In this document: one piece after another, positions 23,973 through 37,201 of the stretch
How the letters are laid out: the number at the start of each line of letters is the position of its first letter
Position numbering within the stretch: position 1 is the first letter of the stretch
Assembly: GCA_008632985.1 (NCBI GenBank)
Contig: QPGO01000093.1
Location: 62,001-126,000 of the forward strand
Direction: 5' to 3'
Origin: Psammoneis japonica
Taxonomy: Eukaryota
DNA: 64,000 nt
Made by a program: the position numbers and the translations under genes
Notes under the pieces: generated by a model
Database searches by the model: none
Told to the model about the DNA's origin: nothing
The model's input: the letters and a program-made list of their open reading frames with translations, nothing else

Positions 23973-25072
23973 TTACAAACCGGCGGCTGCTTTCTTTGCC
24001 TTATTCATTGTCTCAACGATAGACGACTTCATCATTTTGCGGCCGATGCTACGCTTGGCACCTCCCCCAAATCCAGCGACAGCAGCCGTGTAGGTGCGGT
24101 TAATGTAAACTAGGAGCGACTTTCCACCATCCAAGGGAAGGACACCCAATACAATCTGTGAAGAGTCGTAGTCTGCACCACTGTAAAAGCGATTCGTAAT
24201 CTTGAGGTATCCCTCACCTTCCTTGTAGTACACAATCAGGTGGTTCAAAACCGGCGCCGCCTGGTTGTTGCCTTTTTGGATTGCCCACGTGAACGTGTGC
24301 ATCGACTCGTTGGTGCTCTTGGAGGGAACAGCCTCAATCTCATGTCGAACGACGGGGTTCTTTGAGATTTTCAAGAGTGCAGCGTTGGCATGCTTCAAGT
24401 CAGCGCCTGGGTCGCGGCTCTTTCCCTCGTACGGGACAATGCCATGGAGTCCCTTTTCCCAGTAAGCCTTGAGACGTTCCAACAGAATCTCCTTGTACGC
24501 ATCCACTCCCTTGCCTTTGATTTCCGAAAACAATAGTCATCAAATGCGAGAATCAGTCTTATTCTTTCTATCGTCATCTCATCATCATGTCGATCTTGAA
24601 CTTACCGTGTTTGGCTTCCTTACTAAGACGGCTGTGCTCTGCCTTGGACAAGAAAGGATCCTTGAGGAGCTCCTTGACAGTTGCTTCATCGAGATGCATG
24701 CCCTTCAGAGACGGTTTGAGCGGATCAATGAATTCGGAGGATAACGTCGCATCTTGAAGGTCCGAGATGTTATCGAGCTCGTCTGCAAACTCCTGTTTTT
24801 ATTTCGAAAAACAATCATATGGGAATCAACTATGAGCATCAATCATCTTCATTCTCAATGTTCACTCATCATTGCATCATCAATTATGAACATACCTTAA
24901 TCTTTTCAATGGGCGCATCAAGCACGTTGAGCACAATGAGGCTGAGATCTTTGTCGCTCGACGATTCGTTCTCTACCACAGTGACTTCACCCTTCTCAGC
25001 TTTACTCAAAGCGGAAGCGGGAAGGCCGAGGCGCTTCACGATTTCGGCGGGAGTGGGTACATCATGCGACAT
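23973..25072 (-). CDS. Hypothetical protein, 3 exons (25072-24896, 24792-24606, ~24514-23973)
   Basis: GT donors at 24895 and 24605; acceptors at 24793 (CAG) and ~24515 (AAG) give one continuous frame with normal composition. Confidence 0.75.
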
Positions 25073-25489
25073 GGCGGTTCCTTCTGCTCTGTATCTTCCC
25101 TTTCAGATTTGATTGTGGCAACGAACAACGCAGCTTGTATCTTCTCAGCTTGACTGTGATCGAGTGGTTGGTTGGGTTGCGTCTCCGGTGTGTCAGTGGA
25201 TCTTTAGTAGTGCCGTTCTCGCTGTTTTTTTGGATTCGCTATTTTTTTCGCTTGTGACGTGGAGAGTTCGTGCAGGCTCGTGACAATTGATTTTTCAAAA
25301 AATACGCTGGAAAACAGAAAAACCCTAAAAGACTACCAAACCAAAACAAAATATTCGTATTTGCCTCTGTTCTTCCCATTTTCAGATCCTCCTCGCTCGC
25401 TCACCGCTCACCGCTCACACGCTCACTCGTCACACCGTTGTTTGTTGTGTCGATTACCATCATCTCTTCATCTTCAATCTTTGACCGCA

Positions 25490-26059
25490 ATGATGTTACC
25501 TGCTGTACCCGCTAACCTCGTCGCAGAGGGGCTCTTACCAAAGGCTATTACGACCGTGCTGGTTTCTCCTGCCTTTTCTTCGTGTTCCTACATGGTTGTT
25601 GCCAATGTCGTGTATCTTGCACGACGAGCTCACTTGCGTCAGCAAACAATGGGGAGAATGCTGGGCTACCGCATTGAACGAGAGCCAGGCGTTTCAATAC
25701 CGAGGTATTTTTCTTTTCTTGTCGCTTGGCAAAGCTTCGTTGTTGTATTTCCGATACTTGAACCGTTGGTGAGATTGCTTCTTGGGTACTGCTGTTTTTA
25801 CTTCTCCTATCCGAATGCACAAGGCTTTGGGTTCATCGTGGAACCGCTGGATATACAACATTTGCCACTCTCCAAGAGATCGAAACAACAGATTCGATTA
25901 GACTGGCACAAGTTCACAATCAATGTTGGAAACGTTGGACGAGACGGCTACCGGCATCCACCCTCGAAAGAGATGAACCGGCCGCACATTGACGCACCAA
26001 GGTGGGGGATCAAACATTGGCCTTGGAGACGGCGACATGTATACGAAGAAGGTGGCTAG
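25490..26059 (+). CDS. Hypothetical membrane protein
   Basis: ORF from MMLPAVPANL with two hydrophobic segments; divergent from the previous gene. Confidence 0.65.
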   Translation: MMLPAVPANLVAEGLLPKAITTVLVSPAFSSCSYMVVANVVYLARRAHLRQQTMGRMLGYRIEREPGVSIPRYFSFLVAWQSFVVVFPILEPLVRLLLGYCCFYFSYPNAQGFGFIVEPLDIQHLPLSKRSKQQIRLDWHKFTINVGNVGRDGYRHPPSKEMNRPHIDAPRWGIKHWPWRRRHVYEEGG

Positions 26060-26111
26060 TGGGGACAATTGAACAAAGCGTTCGATGAGTTCTATGATTA
26101 TCATTTGCTCT

Positions 26112-28693
26112 CTAATTTGTGGCCGCTGTGGTGGACACTTTACGAGCCTGCACTCTTTTTATTCTCCTGCCTTGCGTCTCAACGACAAGCTCGATGAACT
26201 TTGCTTCCTCGGAGACACTACGAGGCTCTTGGTCCTCTTGTGATTTGGTTGATGAATCTGACTTTAGCGGCACGCCAATTGTGTTTTCTTGAGAAAAGAA
26301 CATGGTTTCCTTGCCTCCTGCATAGACAACCTTCACCTTGACAAGCGAGCCAACTCCACGTTTCGCAGCGGCTTTGGGATTCTGATAATCGCCTTTGACT
26401 TGTGCCTTGTGAAACATACCCGGCGATAATGGAGTTGGATCAATCGAAACCTTGCCTCTTCCGTTTTTGTTGAAATCAATTCGGACGCGTACCGGACTTG
26501 ACACCTGCACGTAATTGGTGGCACTATCAACCGAAAGTGATGGCGCTTGAATGTGCAACGTAGACTCCATGTCATAGTTTGAATTACCATAGCCCTGGTA
26601 ATCATTGTTCTTGCAGTAATCATAAAGATAATTGGGAGAAAAATCAAACACCGAACAGTAGGAGGGGAGCCGTTTGGTAAGCGCCAAATATGTGCAACAA
26701 CTGAGCCGTGCATTCACGGCACCGATTGGATAAATCAACTCGGTCATGAAAGTGCCCTCAGAAATAAAGTAGTTGTTCTCACTGCATCCTGGAACACAAG
26801 AAACAGGATTGTATCCTGGCAATGAACGTCCCATAAGATCGTTCCACTTTGAACACCTTCGAGAACTGTCACAGTTTGCACTTTCTGCATTTCCGTCCCC
26901 ATACCAATACGCATCAGCCAATTCAAACAGCGAATGACCAAGCTCATGTACTGCGACGAGTGGGCCCTCTGGGTGTGTACTCATCGTAGCAATGTTCTGA
27001 CGGCGATAACCCGCACCTCCGTACCTATTCACAGAGAATTAGAAAAGTGCAAATGAGTTCCTGCTTCTCGTCGTAGCGAGACAATTCTCCGCATTGCCCT
27101 TGTTTGTCCGTACCTTTCATCGTTGTGGATTACAATCGTCTGCAAATTGGCGACAACGTGAAAACACTTTTGCGATAGTCTTTCTACTATGTCGATATCA
27201 CAGCAGAGCAATCGATTCACGCTGTTACATCCATACTCACAAAAGGATTCGCTCAAAACTTCCGGGTCGACCACGAAGAAGTTAAGCTGATCGATTGAAT
27301 CTGAGAACATGTCGTACTGACGGAAGGCATCATATGTTCGATTGACCTGATCACGCCAAACCTCGTGAGTGGCGGTATCAAATGCGGACCCAACAAACAC
27401 AAAGTTTAGGGCGTTGACGTCAAAGCGTTCTCCATACTTGTGTTTGACAGGGTAGCACTCGGACGATGCCATGCAAACGCCACTTCGACAGGTCTTTGAA
27501 AGGCAGTCGGTGTTGTTTAAGCAAGGAACTCCAGTACCTCGATTCTTTCTGCCTGAGTCTTGCGTTGATAATGGTGGATTTTCCAGGATTATCAGCCTGG
27601 TTGGTGTGTTAGTCGCAGAAGATGGCTGCCCTGTTGGAGACGTTGTCTTTGCTGTTGTTGGGCTCATCGTTGGAGAGGAAGTCGGGGAGGACGTGGGCCT
27701 GGTAGTTGGTAAAGCTGTTGGAAAGTTTGTGGGTATGAAGGTGGGCGTAGATGTTGAAGAGAGTGTGGGAGATGATGTAGGCGTTGAAGTGGGTGAGCTT
27801 GTAGGAGAAACTGTTGGCTTCTGTGTGGGGGAGCTCGTTGGAAGTTTTGTCGGGGAGTTCGTTGGATTAAATGTTGGGGCAGTTGTTGGGTTCTTAGTCG
27901 GAGACACGGTAGGTTTGGATGTTGGAGCGTGCGTTGGGTACCTTGTTGGTTCACGGGTAGGAAACGTTGTTAGTCGCGATGTTGGACTTGTGGTCGGTGA
28001 CACTGTTGGCTCGACTGTTGGCGAGGGTGTAGGGTACCTAGTCGGTTCACGGGTGGGAGGCTTCGTCGGAGGAGGAGTTGTTAGCGCATAGGTGACATCG
28101 AGCAAAGGCTCTTTTCCAGAAGCCTCTTTTGAATAGTACTTTATCAACCAGTCCCCATTATTGGACCGATCTGTGGTAAGAGCAAAAGTGATCAGCGAAT
28201 CTTTTGCCTTTACCTTCGCCTTGACATATGAGGTGACATCAAACGAAACATAGTTTTCCTCATCGCGAAATATGGTTTGGCTGCCAATGATATGACCAAT
28301 GGAGGGTTCATTGTTCCACGTTATCTTCGATTCATCCCAAGAGTTATCGTTTACCGCGTGAATGTGATTCACAACCGGGATGTCTCTATCTCCATAAACC
28401 TTTAGCATTACCTTGGCTTCGGAAACTGAACCATTAATCTCTTCGAGACCAAATTGAAGGAAAGAATGGCGGGTGTCACCACCTTTTAGTTTCACTGAAA
28501 GTCTCTCTTTGTCGTTGTTATCCCTAAGCACTCCATGCCTATCGTTGGGCTTCTTCTCTCGCGTAAAAGCGTCTTGGAGCGGCTCTTCTACGAATTTCCT
28601 TAATGCGCAACTTACGGGTACAATCCAATCTGCCACAACCAAGAGATAGACAGCAAACTTCACCCAGCGGTTAGTGAACTCGAACAGCGTCAT
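26112..28693 (-). CDS. Secreted protein: DNRLRE/CBM96-like domain, long PT(S) repeat stalk, M64-like zinc peptidase; intron 27025-27113
   Basis: Signal peptide; WDESKITWNNEP..SFDVT.YV..SKE..P.L.V; P-T-x-x repeats; YGGAG..HELGHSLFELADAY; GT-AG intron restores the frame. Confidence 0.85.
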
Positions 28694-28949
28694 TTCGTCG
28701 AGTTACGCAGATATTTGACCCTACAGAAACACTGGTCGCAATATGGCAGCTCTCTAGAGGTCGGAAAACAGTGGAGGCGCGAAACCGTACAGTAGTACAA
28801 TTTCGTGGTGGAATGACCCTTTCATGACTTTGGATCCCGAAATTATGACGCAGTTTGTTATTATTTATAACAGTTACCTCCTTCTTCATAATTATATAAG
28901 CCCTTTCCATGCATCCCGCTCTCTTGTAAAAACCGTCAGTTTTCCGCGC

Positions 28950-30365
28950 CTCTGCATGTGGTGGTGTCGGTGGGCGGGATGGACCATGCTCAACTTGGAT
29001 GAGCGGTTGTTGACACAACATGGAAGTTCCCATGCTACCCCACAAAAGAACTCTGGAATGTTTAGTTTGTGTAGAAGCAGCACCCAGGGCCTGTGGAAAT
29101 GCCAAAAAGTGCGGAACGTCGTGATTTTTTGATGTCCCTGGTGCTGACTCTGCGCACTGGATTCTGCGCAGCTTCTGCGCGCTCCAGACTTTTTTTGCAT
29201 TTATCTTGGGAGCCCGGCACTGCTTCCACACAAGAAATTTGACATTCCAAAGTTTTTTTGAGCTGTGGCATGGACAGACCCAATGACAACTTAGCTTCAT
29301 TCATTCAAAAGACTTCCCCAAGAAGTTTTCAGCAAGGAAATTTTTGTGTGCATGACACTTGTCTTCTCTGTCATGCTCTTGCAATGGGGGGCACTGGCAC
29401 ACACAAGCCACCAGGCCAGAAACGATTCTCACCAAATGTGTGCACAAGTTTGCACACTCACAAAGCTGCCTCTTTCTTGTCTTTTGGCAGTCGCTGGCTC
29501 ATTTTTTGCCTCCTGACAATTTTCTTGCTGCAGAGCTCGCGTGCGAAATTCCATGAGCCCAATGTCACATGGAGACCAAGCTGAGCTGTGCATGCCAAGG
29601 GCTGGATTGTGCTGCAAACTGTCTTGCGCACATGCGGACAACAACAAACAACAACTTGTGTGCCTCTCCAGCCAGCATGAGATGAAGAGCCAACAACAAG
29701 AAGCTCTCCTTTGGGCCACTGGGGGGCAGGAGGAGCGCCCCCACTGTTTGTGCTCCCATGGCTCCCATCAGCCATCACCTTGGCAGCAGCAGAGCAAAAA
29801 GGGGTTGCACAAAAGCACAAGCCAGGGTGATCAAAAATGTGAGAGAGCTGAGTGCTCTCCAGCACCTTTGCATGCAAGCAGCAAGCAAGTGTGCGCACGT
29901 GACCAGGCTGGGCAAAAATGTTTTTTCGCAGCTGGCACGCACAAGCCAACATCATCACAGCAACAATTTGTGGGTGCAAGCAGCTTGATTTGCCAATGAC
30001 AACACACACTTGCCATGTTCTGCTTCTGGACACAAGCTCATGTGCAGCTGCCAAGATCCCCCAGGTGCAGAGCTGCTGCTGCTCTCGGCTTTTCTGTGCA
30101 CAGCTCCCTGGCACCGTTTGACAAAACCGCCCATGTTGAGTCCAATTTTTTCTGTCAACCATGTGGATCACACAAAGATGCGGTGCTCAGTGAAAACTTG
30201 ATTGACAGCACAATGATGATGACATGGATGCTGCTTGTGACCATTGAGCGTGACAATGGTGAGATGCCGGCGAATCAGTCATCGACTGAAGACGATCAAG
30301 ATGACCCCACGAGACCGTGAAGATGACTTTCAAACGACCCTGCAGATGACCCGATTGACATTCTC
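28950..30365. mobile_element. Hypermutated insertion relic (block 2) between the two peptidase paralogs
   Basis: No TA found between 29294 and 30365; no counterpart upstream of the second paralog; no intact ORF. Confidence 0.7.
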
Positions 30366-31049
30366 TACGAGCACACTGTAATTAATATACCGTACAGTAC
30401 ACAGAGAGAGGGATGATGACTCAACGATGACTAACATGAAAACATTCCAGCATGCGGCCAGAGACCAAACCGAGGACCAAAAAAAACGAGGACCAAAAAA
30501 TGAACCTTAGTCGTACTTTTAGTTATGAAACACGCGACACCGTCAAAGATACAGAGGTAGAGGACAAGAAAGCGCAGGAGTGAGTGACGCAGAAAAGCAC
30601 AGGATTGAACGATGATGAAGCACAGTAATCGGAGACACAAGCGTGGAAGAAAAATGGTGGATCCACATGAGAACGAGGTCGGAAAGAGAATTATCACGAC
30701 CACCGAGAACGGCATTGAAGCTAGGAACCTAAAAGAAAATGGGATTTCCAAAAAAGTGGAAGTGCACAATGTTGGAGGTGATAGTCAAGATCAATAAAAC
30801 TGCAGGCACAAGATGAGAGCAGTGAATGAGAAAATGTCATTCTATTAAAAATCTATCCGAAGAGACACCGAGGATACCCAGTTACTAGCTGGGGGGTCTA
30901 ACACTTTTCATCTGATATTTGTCACCTGTTGCTTCAACAAGAGAAGCATTAGCATGATATCAATGGAACATGATGGGGAAACAAACATTGACCTTCGAGA
31001 TGGCGACGAAGACTCTGATTCAATGAGTCGTTTTGGTTATGCATTTGCT

Positions 31050-33373
31050 CTACGTTGTGATCGCGGCTGTGGCCACTTTTTGAGCCTGTACTCTTTTTAT
31101 TTTCCGACTCTGTGTCTCAGCGATGAACTCGATAAACTTCGCTTCCTCATTGACACTACGAGGCTCTTGATCCTCTTGTGATCTGGTGAAATCTGATTTC
31201 ATCGGTACCTCAATTGTGTTTTCCTGAGAAAAGAACAGTGTATCCTTGCCTCCTACATAGACAACCTTTACCTTGACCACCGAGCCCACTCCACGTTTTC
31301 CTGCAATTTTTGGGTTCTCGAAGTCGCCTTTAACTTGTGCCTTGTGAAACATACCCGGTGACAATGGATTTGGATCGATCGTAACGACGCCTCTTCCGTT
31401 TTTCTTGAAGTCAATTCGGACGCGGACAGGACTTGACACATGTATGTAATTGGTGGCACTATCGACAGAAAGTGACGGAGCTTGAATGTGCATCATAGAT
31501 TCCATGCCATAGTTTGAACTTCCATAGCGCTGGTAGTCATTGTTCTTGCAGTAATGATGTAGGTAGTTGGGAGAAAAATCAAACACCGAACAGTAGGAGG
31601 GGAGCCGTTTGGTAAGCGCCAAATAAGTGCAACAACTAAATCTCTCATTTACTGTACCAGCTGGAAAGGTCAACTCGGTCATGAAACTTCCCTCAGAAAT
31701 GAAGAAGTTGTTGTCACCGCACCCCGGAACACAAGAAACAGGTTTGTATCCCGGCAACGAACGTCTCATAAGATCTTTCCACTTTGAACACCTTCGAGAA
31801 CTATCACAGTTTGCACTATCTGCATTTCCTCTTCCATACCAATAGGTATCCGCCAATTCAAACAGCGAATGGCCAAGCTCATGAATCGCAACGAGTGGGC
31901 CATCTGGGTGTGTGGTCATCGTAGCAATGTTCTGACGGCGATAACCCGCACCTCCGTAACTATTCACAGAGAATTAGAAAAGTGCAAATGAGTTCCTGCT
32001 TCTCGTCGTAGCGAGACAATTCTCCGCATCGCCCCTGTTTGTCCGTACCTTTCATCGTTGTGGATTACAATCGTCTGCAAATTGGCGCCAACGTGAAAAC
32101 ACTTTTGCGATAGTCTTTCTACTATGTCGATATCACAGCAGAGCAATCGATTCACGCCATTACACCCAAAGTCACAAAAGGATTCGCTCAAATCTTCCGG
32201 GTCGACAATAAAGATGTTAAGCTGATCTATTGAGTCCGAGAACATGTTGTACTGACGGAAGACATCGTATGTTCGATTGACCTGATCCCGCCAAGCCTCA
32301 TGAGTAGAATTATCAAATGCAGACCCAACAAACACAAAGTTTAGGGCGTTGACGTCAAAAGGTTCTCCGTACTTGTGCTTGACAGGGAAACACTCAGACG
32401 ATGCCATACAAACGCCACTTCTGCAAATATTTGAAATGCATTCGGTATTGCTAAAGCAAGGTACTCCAGTACCACGATTCTTCTTGCTTGAGTCCTGCGT
32501 TGACAAGGGTGGTGTTTCCACGATTATTAGCCTTGTTGGTGAGCTTGTTGGACTCGACGTTGGAGAGGAAGTCGGGGTTGATGTTAGCCTGTTAGTTGGC
32601 AAAGCTGTTGGGTACCTCGATGGTTCACGGGTAGGGATTGCTGTTGGTCGCGATGTTGGACTTATGGTTGGCGACACTGTTGGCTCGATTGTTGGCGAGA
32701 GTAGTGTTGGGTACCTCGTCGGTTCACGGGTGGGAGGGCTTGTCGGAGGAGGAGTAGCTAGCGCATAGGTGACATTGAGCAAAGGTTCTTTTCCGGAAGC
32801 CTCTTTTGAATAATACTTTATCAACCAGTCCCCATCATTGGACTGATCTGTGGTAAGAGCAAAAGTGACCAGCGACTCTCTTGCCTTTACCTTCGCCTTG
32901 ACGTACGAGGAGACATCAAACGAAACATAGGTATCTTCATTGCGAAATATGGTTTGACTTCCAATGACATGACCAATGGAGGGTTCAGTATTCCACGTTA
33001 TTGCCGATTCATCCCAAGAGTTATCGTTCACGGCATGAATGTGATTCAACACGGGGATATCTCGATCTCCATAGACCTTAAGCATCACCTTTGCTTCCGA
33101 AACCTCCCCATTTACCCCGTCAAGGTTAAATTGGATAAAAGCATGGCGTGTGTCATTTTGTTTCAGCTTCACCGAAAGTCGCTCATTGTGTCTAACCGAC
33201 GTAGTAAGTACGCCAAATCTCTCGTTGGGCTCCGCCTCTTTCGTAAAAGCGTCTTGGACAGCCTTGTCCACGACATGACTCAATGAACTAGTTACAGGCA
33301 CCATCCGATGTGCCGTAGCCATAAGAAACATAGTAATTGCCACCCATCGTTTAGTGAAATGAAGCAGCGTCAT
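31050..33373 (-). CDS. Tandem paralog of the secreted CBM96-like/M64-like peptidase, shorter PT stalk; intron 31960-32048
   Basis: Colinear with 26112-28693; HELGHSLFELADTY; same intron position and length (89 nt). Confidence 0.85.
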
Positions 33374-34226
33374 TGTATTGCGATGATGTTGCGACCGTCA
33401 ACTGAATGGAGACCACTGTACCCTACTACTTACTTCGTGAAACAGTGCGTGCCTATCATCCGCTGACAATTTCGTGGTGGAATGACCGGACTTCTATTCG
33501 ACTGAATTTTACATAAGCCCTTCACCATTCTTACTTCAAGGTTCCGAGTGTCTTGTGTGATTGAAATGTCATAGTTGGGAAGTTAACACTCATAATATTA
33601 TCATTGCACACAAGCTGCTCAAGGGGAAAAAACGTTCGAGAGGAAACGTTTAAACAATAAGCTGTGCCCCTGATGTGGTGTTTTGGCAGAGCTAGAATCA
33701 TGTTGACTAGCGAAAATGTCTCTACTAGCAAAAATGCACATACTGTACCGTGCATCGTCCACATCATGCATTTTGTGAAATAGCCTTATGTATCTTCATG
33801 CGCGCTTTGGCATCGTGCTGTAGAGAGGGTCCTATCTCTACTTCTAACAAGCCACAGTGCGAAAGAGTGCACATTGCTTGTTCGAAATCGAAGGCGTGCA
33901 AATTCATGAGTGACTTGATGACTAGCTCACACTGAAAAGAAGACTGAAATTTTTTGTTCATTGGTGTCTGCTTTCATTTTGTTATTTACAGTACGAAGAA
34001 AAAGATTAACAACGGAAAGAGAGACCAAGCAAACGCTGCTTTCTTCTATAAAGAGCAAAACTCAGCTACTACTATGCATTCAGGACGTCTCGCACAAACG
34101 ACAAGGTCAACCAAACCCAGAGAACGACATTCTCTGATCACTTCCATTAGCATCGATGTGCCCTCTTCTCACGTACGTATCTTTTGTCCTCCAACTCGAT
34201 TCACAACTCGAGTGCAGCTCTTTCCG

Positions 34227-37201
34227 TCAAACCGACAGACTGTGAGTGCGGTTGGGACTGTTCACCTCGACTTCGTCAGTCATCGCATTGTTTTCCATAC
34301 TCGCCTTTGCGGCAATGCGTTCAAGAGACGCGTCCAAGGTCGTCTCGTACAGTTCAAGGACGACCTCCTGCCGTTGAATAGACTCTAAGAGCTTTCTCTT
34401 AACATCTCTTAACTTTCTTCTTGACTGCGCGACTTTCTCACGAGCTTCGGTGACGTCCCCTTCATTGCACTGGTAGAGAGCAAACCGAATATTCTCTTTC
34501 CAGTTTGGACACGCTTCCTCGACGGCACTGAGCCGTTCCACATCTGCTTCAATCTTCTTTTCAATCGTCTCCGCCATACCACGCCTCTTTTGACTCAGCA
34601 CTTCACTGCTTACAGGCGAACAAGCCTCTGGTGATCCACGCGGGCGCTGCACAGCATGTTGCTCCGGCAAAGACGTCCCTTCTGAGCGGTGTGAGAAGTC
34701 AGGAGAGCTCTGAAATAGATTTAGAAGCTGATCAAAATCAGCGCTTTCACCTTGCGTTGAACCTTCAGAAAAGAGGTGATCCCACAGGCTAGTAAAAGAT
34801 GCTGAAGTAATCGGACTGTCGCCAGGACTCGAATATGAATGACGCTGTTCGGTAGGTGTAGACAACCCTCCTCCCTCTGTGGAAACTTCATCAAGTTTGC
34901 CTTCATAAGATACATCCTTTCGGGTTGAGAGTGCTCCCCATAATCCAGAAACCTTAATGGGAGAAGCTTCGTTGATTCGCTCCCCTTGTCGCCAAGAGAC
35001 TCGATGAATCTGGTCTTCATGGTGGGAATCTTCCGAACCGGACACTTCTGGAACGTCAACATACTCTTCATCGCTGTCCTCAACTGGAGAAAGGTGTGTC
35101 GCTGCTTGACCCAGTACTACAGAATTCTCCTCAACATTCTCTTCGTCCTGCTCATTGCCTGCCGGCTTTGAGCTTTGTCCAAGCAATTGGGTAAGAGTTG
35201 GCTGGTAATCTGTATCGACAAGAACACGAAAAACGCTAAGATACGATATGCATAACCAAAGGCCTGATGTTTCTCGCGACAAAATGTCAATGACTTACTC
35301 GGAACGGAAGCAAAGACTGTACTCTGGGCCTGGATAACATGTTGCTGTGCTAGAGGCGGAGCTTCAATTGCTTGAAGGTGCGCATCCCACTCATCGGCAT
35401 CAGGAAGAAATCTAGACCTATCTTTTCCAAATGTCCCTCCTTTGGAGTCAAGACCGAGCTGTTCTTCTTGCTTCTTGATCATTGCCCTACGATGCTTGTT
35501 GTACTCCTTTCGTACCGTATCCGCCTGGTTTTCGTACCAGTTCGCACTAGTCTCTAATTTCTTCAGTCTTCTTCTCAACGCACCCTCAATTTGTGCATCC
35601 GTTTTGGACATGTCTGATAAAGCAACCACCGCGCCGTCTGATACATTTACCGGGTTTGAACAAGTGCAAGTGGTGCATAGAGCACAAGAGCCTTTCTTTG
35701 TCGTATTTCGGGGACGCCTTGGAGCAGGCTTTTTGCTAGCGACACCTTTAGTCCCAGTCTCTGTATCCAGCTGGTTTCCACTGGTGTCGTTGACTGTCTT
35801 TTGTTTACGCGGTCTCCCTCGTTTCTTGCTTCCTCCACCTGCAGTCTTTGATGCCTGTTTTTTCTTGACTATTTCAATCTCGGGTTCGTTCCCGTCTTGC
35901 TCATCAATAACGACAGCAGTAGAGGAAGGTCCCGCGTCCTTTGCTTTTTCTGCGGTTTCGTTGTCGGCTTTTGTCTTCCTTGGACGGCCTCGTTTCTTGC
36001 CGGGAGCAGCCCTTGGTTGACTCTTTGAAGCATCATCGACTTTAGAATCTTCTTCCAATAAAGCTCCGTCGGAAGCGTCATTTCCTTTTTGATCAGCAAG
36101 CTTGTCCACCTTATTGTTGTCTGCCTTTGATTTCTCTGTCTCGTCTCTGTTGGATGATGTATCTTGAACTGCCTTCAACTCATCGGTGGCTAGCGCAGGC
36201 GTCTCGATGCCGTTGGCCAAAGGTTCGGGAGTTTTTCTTGTATCAGTGCCATGGTCCATTGGATCCATTGGCTCCACGACACCACGAACAAGGTTCTTTA
36301 AGCGATTGCGAACCAATGTCTTGTTTGAACGATCCAGTTCAACATTGAAGATCCCCTGCAACGCATCTACAACCTCACGAATCGTCACTGTGTTTTCGTC
36401 CTCGACATCAACAAACAAATGATCAACCGACGCAACCAACGTGTTGGGTGTGGGCTGTGGCTGTTGAGTATTCTTTTCTTGAACAAGAGGAGTTGCCGCG
36501 ACGGAGGTGGTCACCGGGTGATTGGTAGTGCCTACGTTTTCTGCATCATCTCGCCCTTCCTCTGCAAAAGTCGCATTCACGTGCAGTTCAGAGTCCCTAT
36601 TCTGCGATGATTCAATCTCGTTTCCTTCTTCATTTGTACAAAAGCTAGAATTGTTCTTCTTTGCAGAACGCGTTTGTTTCTTTTTCATACGTTGATCTCT
36701 CATTCTCGACGTAACGGTGTCGTTGGTGGATGTTTCTCGGAGGGCTTTATCTGTAGGAGTTTTTCGAGAAATTCGAGATTGTTTGGTAGGCTCTTCTCCT
36801 TTTTTGTTCTCTTGTTCATTTGTCTTATAATCAGTCTCTCCACCATGTGATAGATTCTCCTTTGGTTTCTTAGTGCTAAATGCTGGAGTAAACAGATCCT
36901 CGTCGTCTGAATCGTCGTCTTCTTGGATTGTAGCCAACAGATCTTCGGCACGTGAAATCGCAGTAGGTTTGCTTGATGGTGGCTTTTTGACTGGGGTTTC
37001 ATCATCTAACAAGGAGATATCCAGCTTCTGGGAAGGCTTGTAACATTCGAGTTCAATGGGTGAAAAGGAAGGAATCGGTATGCGTTCTTTTCGTCTTCGT
37101 TTTCTCGTGGATAATTGACTGCTTGACTTTCGCTTTGTTGTTTTGCTCTTGTACTTGCTTAACCTCAACAGAGGCGCCCCATGTGCACTTGAGTCGTTCA
37201 T
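34227..37201 (-). CDS. Large low-complexity nuclear protein with DEK-C-like segment, two AT-hooks and a Cys cluster; intron 35210-35298
   Basis: KKRGRPRK twice; VTIREVVDALQGIFNVELD..K.LVR; CALCTTCTC; GTAAGT..CAG intron joins ORFs 35117-37201 and 34227-35282. Confidence 0.8.

Noticed and set aside
24515..24530. Apparently broken splice acceptor (ttttcgg)
   Set aside because: A nearby AAG acceptor gives the correct phase, so no defect needs to be invoked.
27471..28091. Val/Gly-rich plus-strand ORF (also 32349-32768)
   Set aside because: Antisense shadow of the Pro/Thr repeat stalk.
30431..30797. Short ORFs downstream of the second peptidase
   Set aside because: Low-complexity purine-rich sequence with no recognisable homology.
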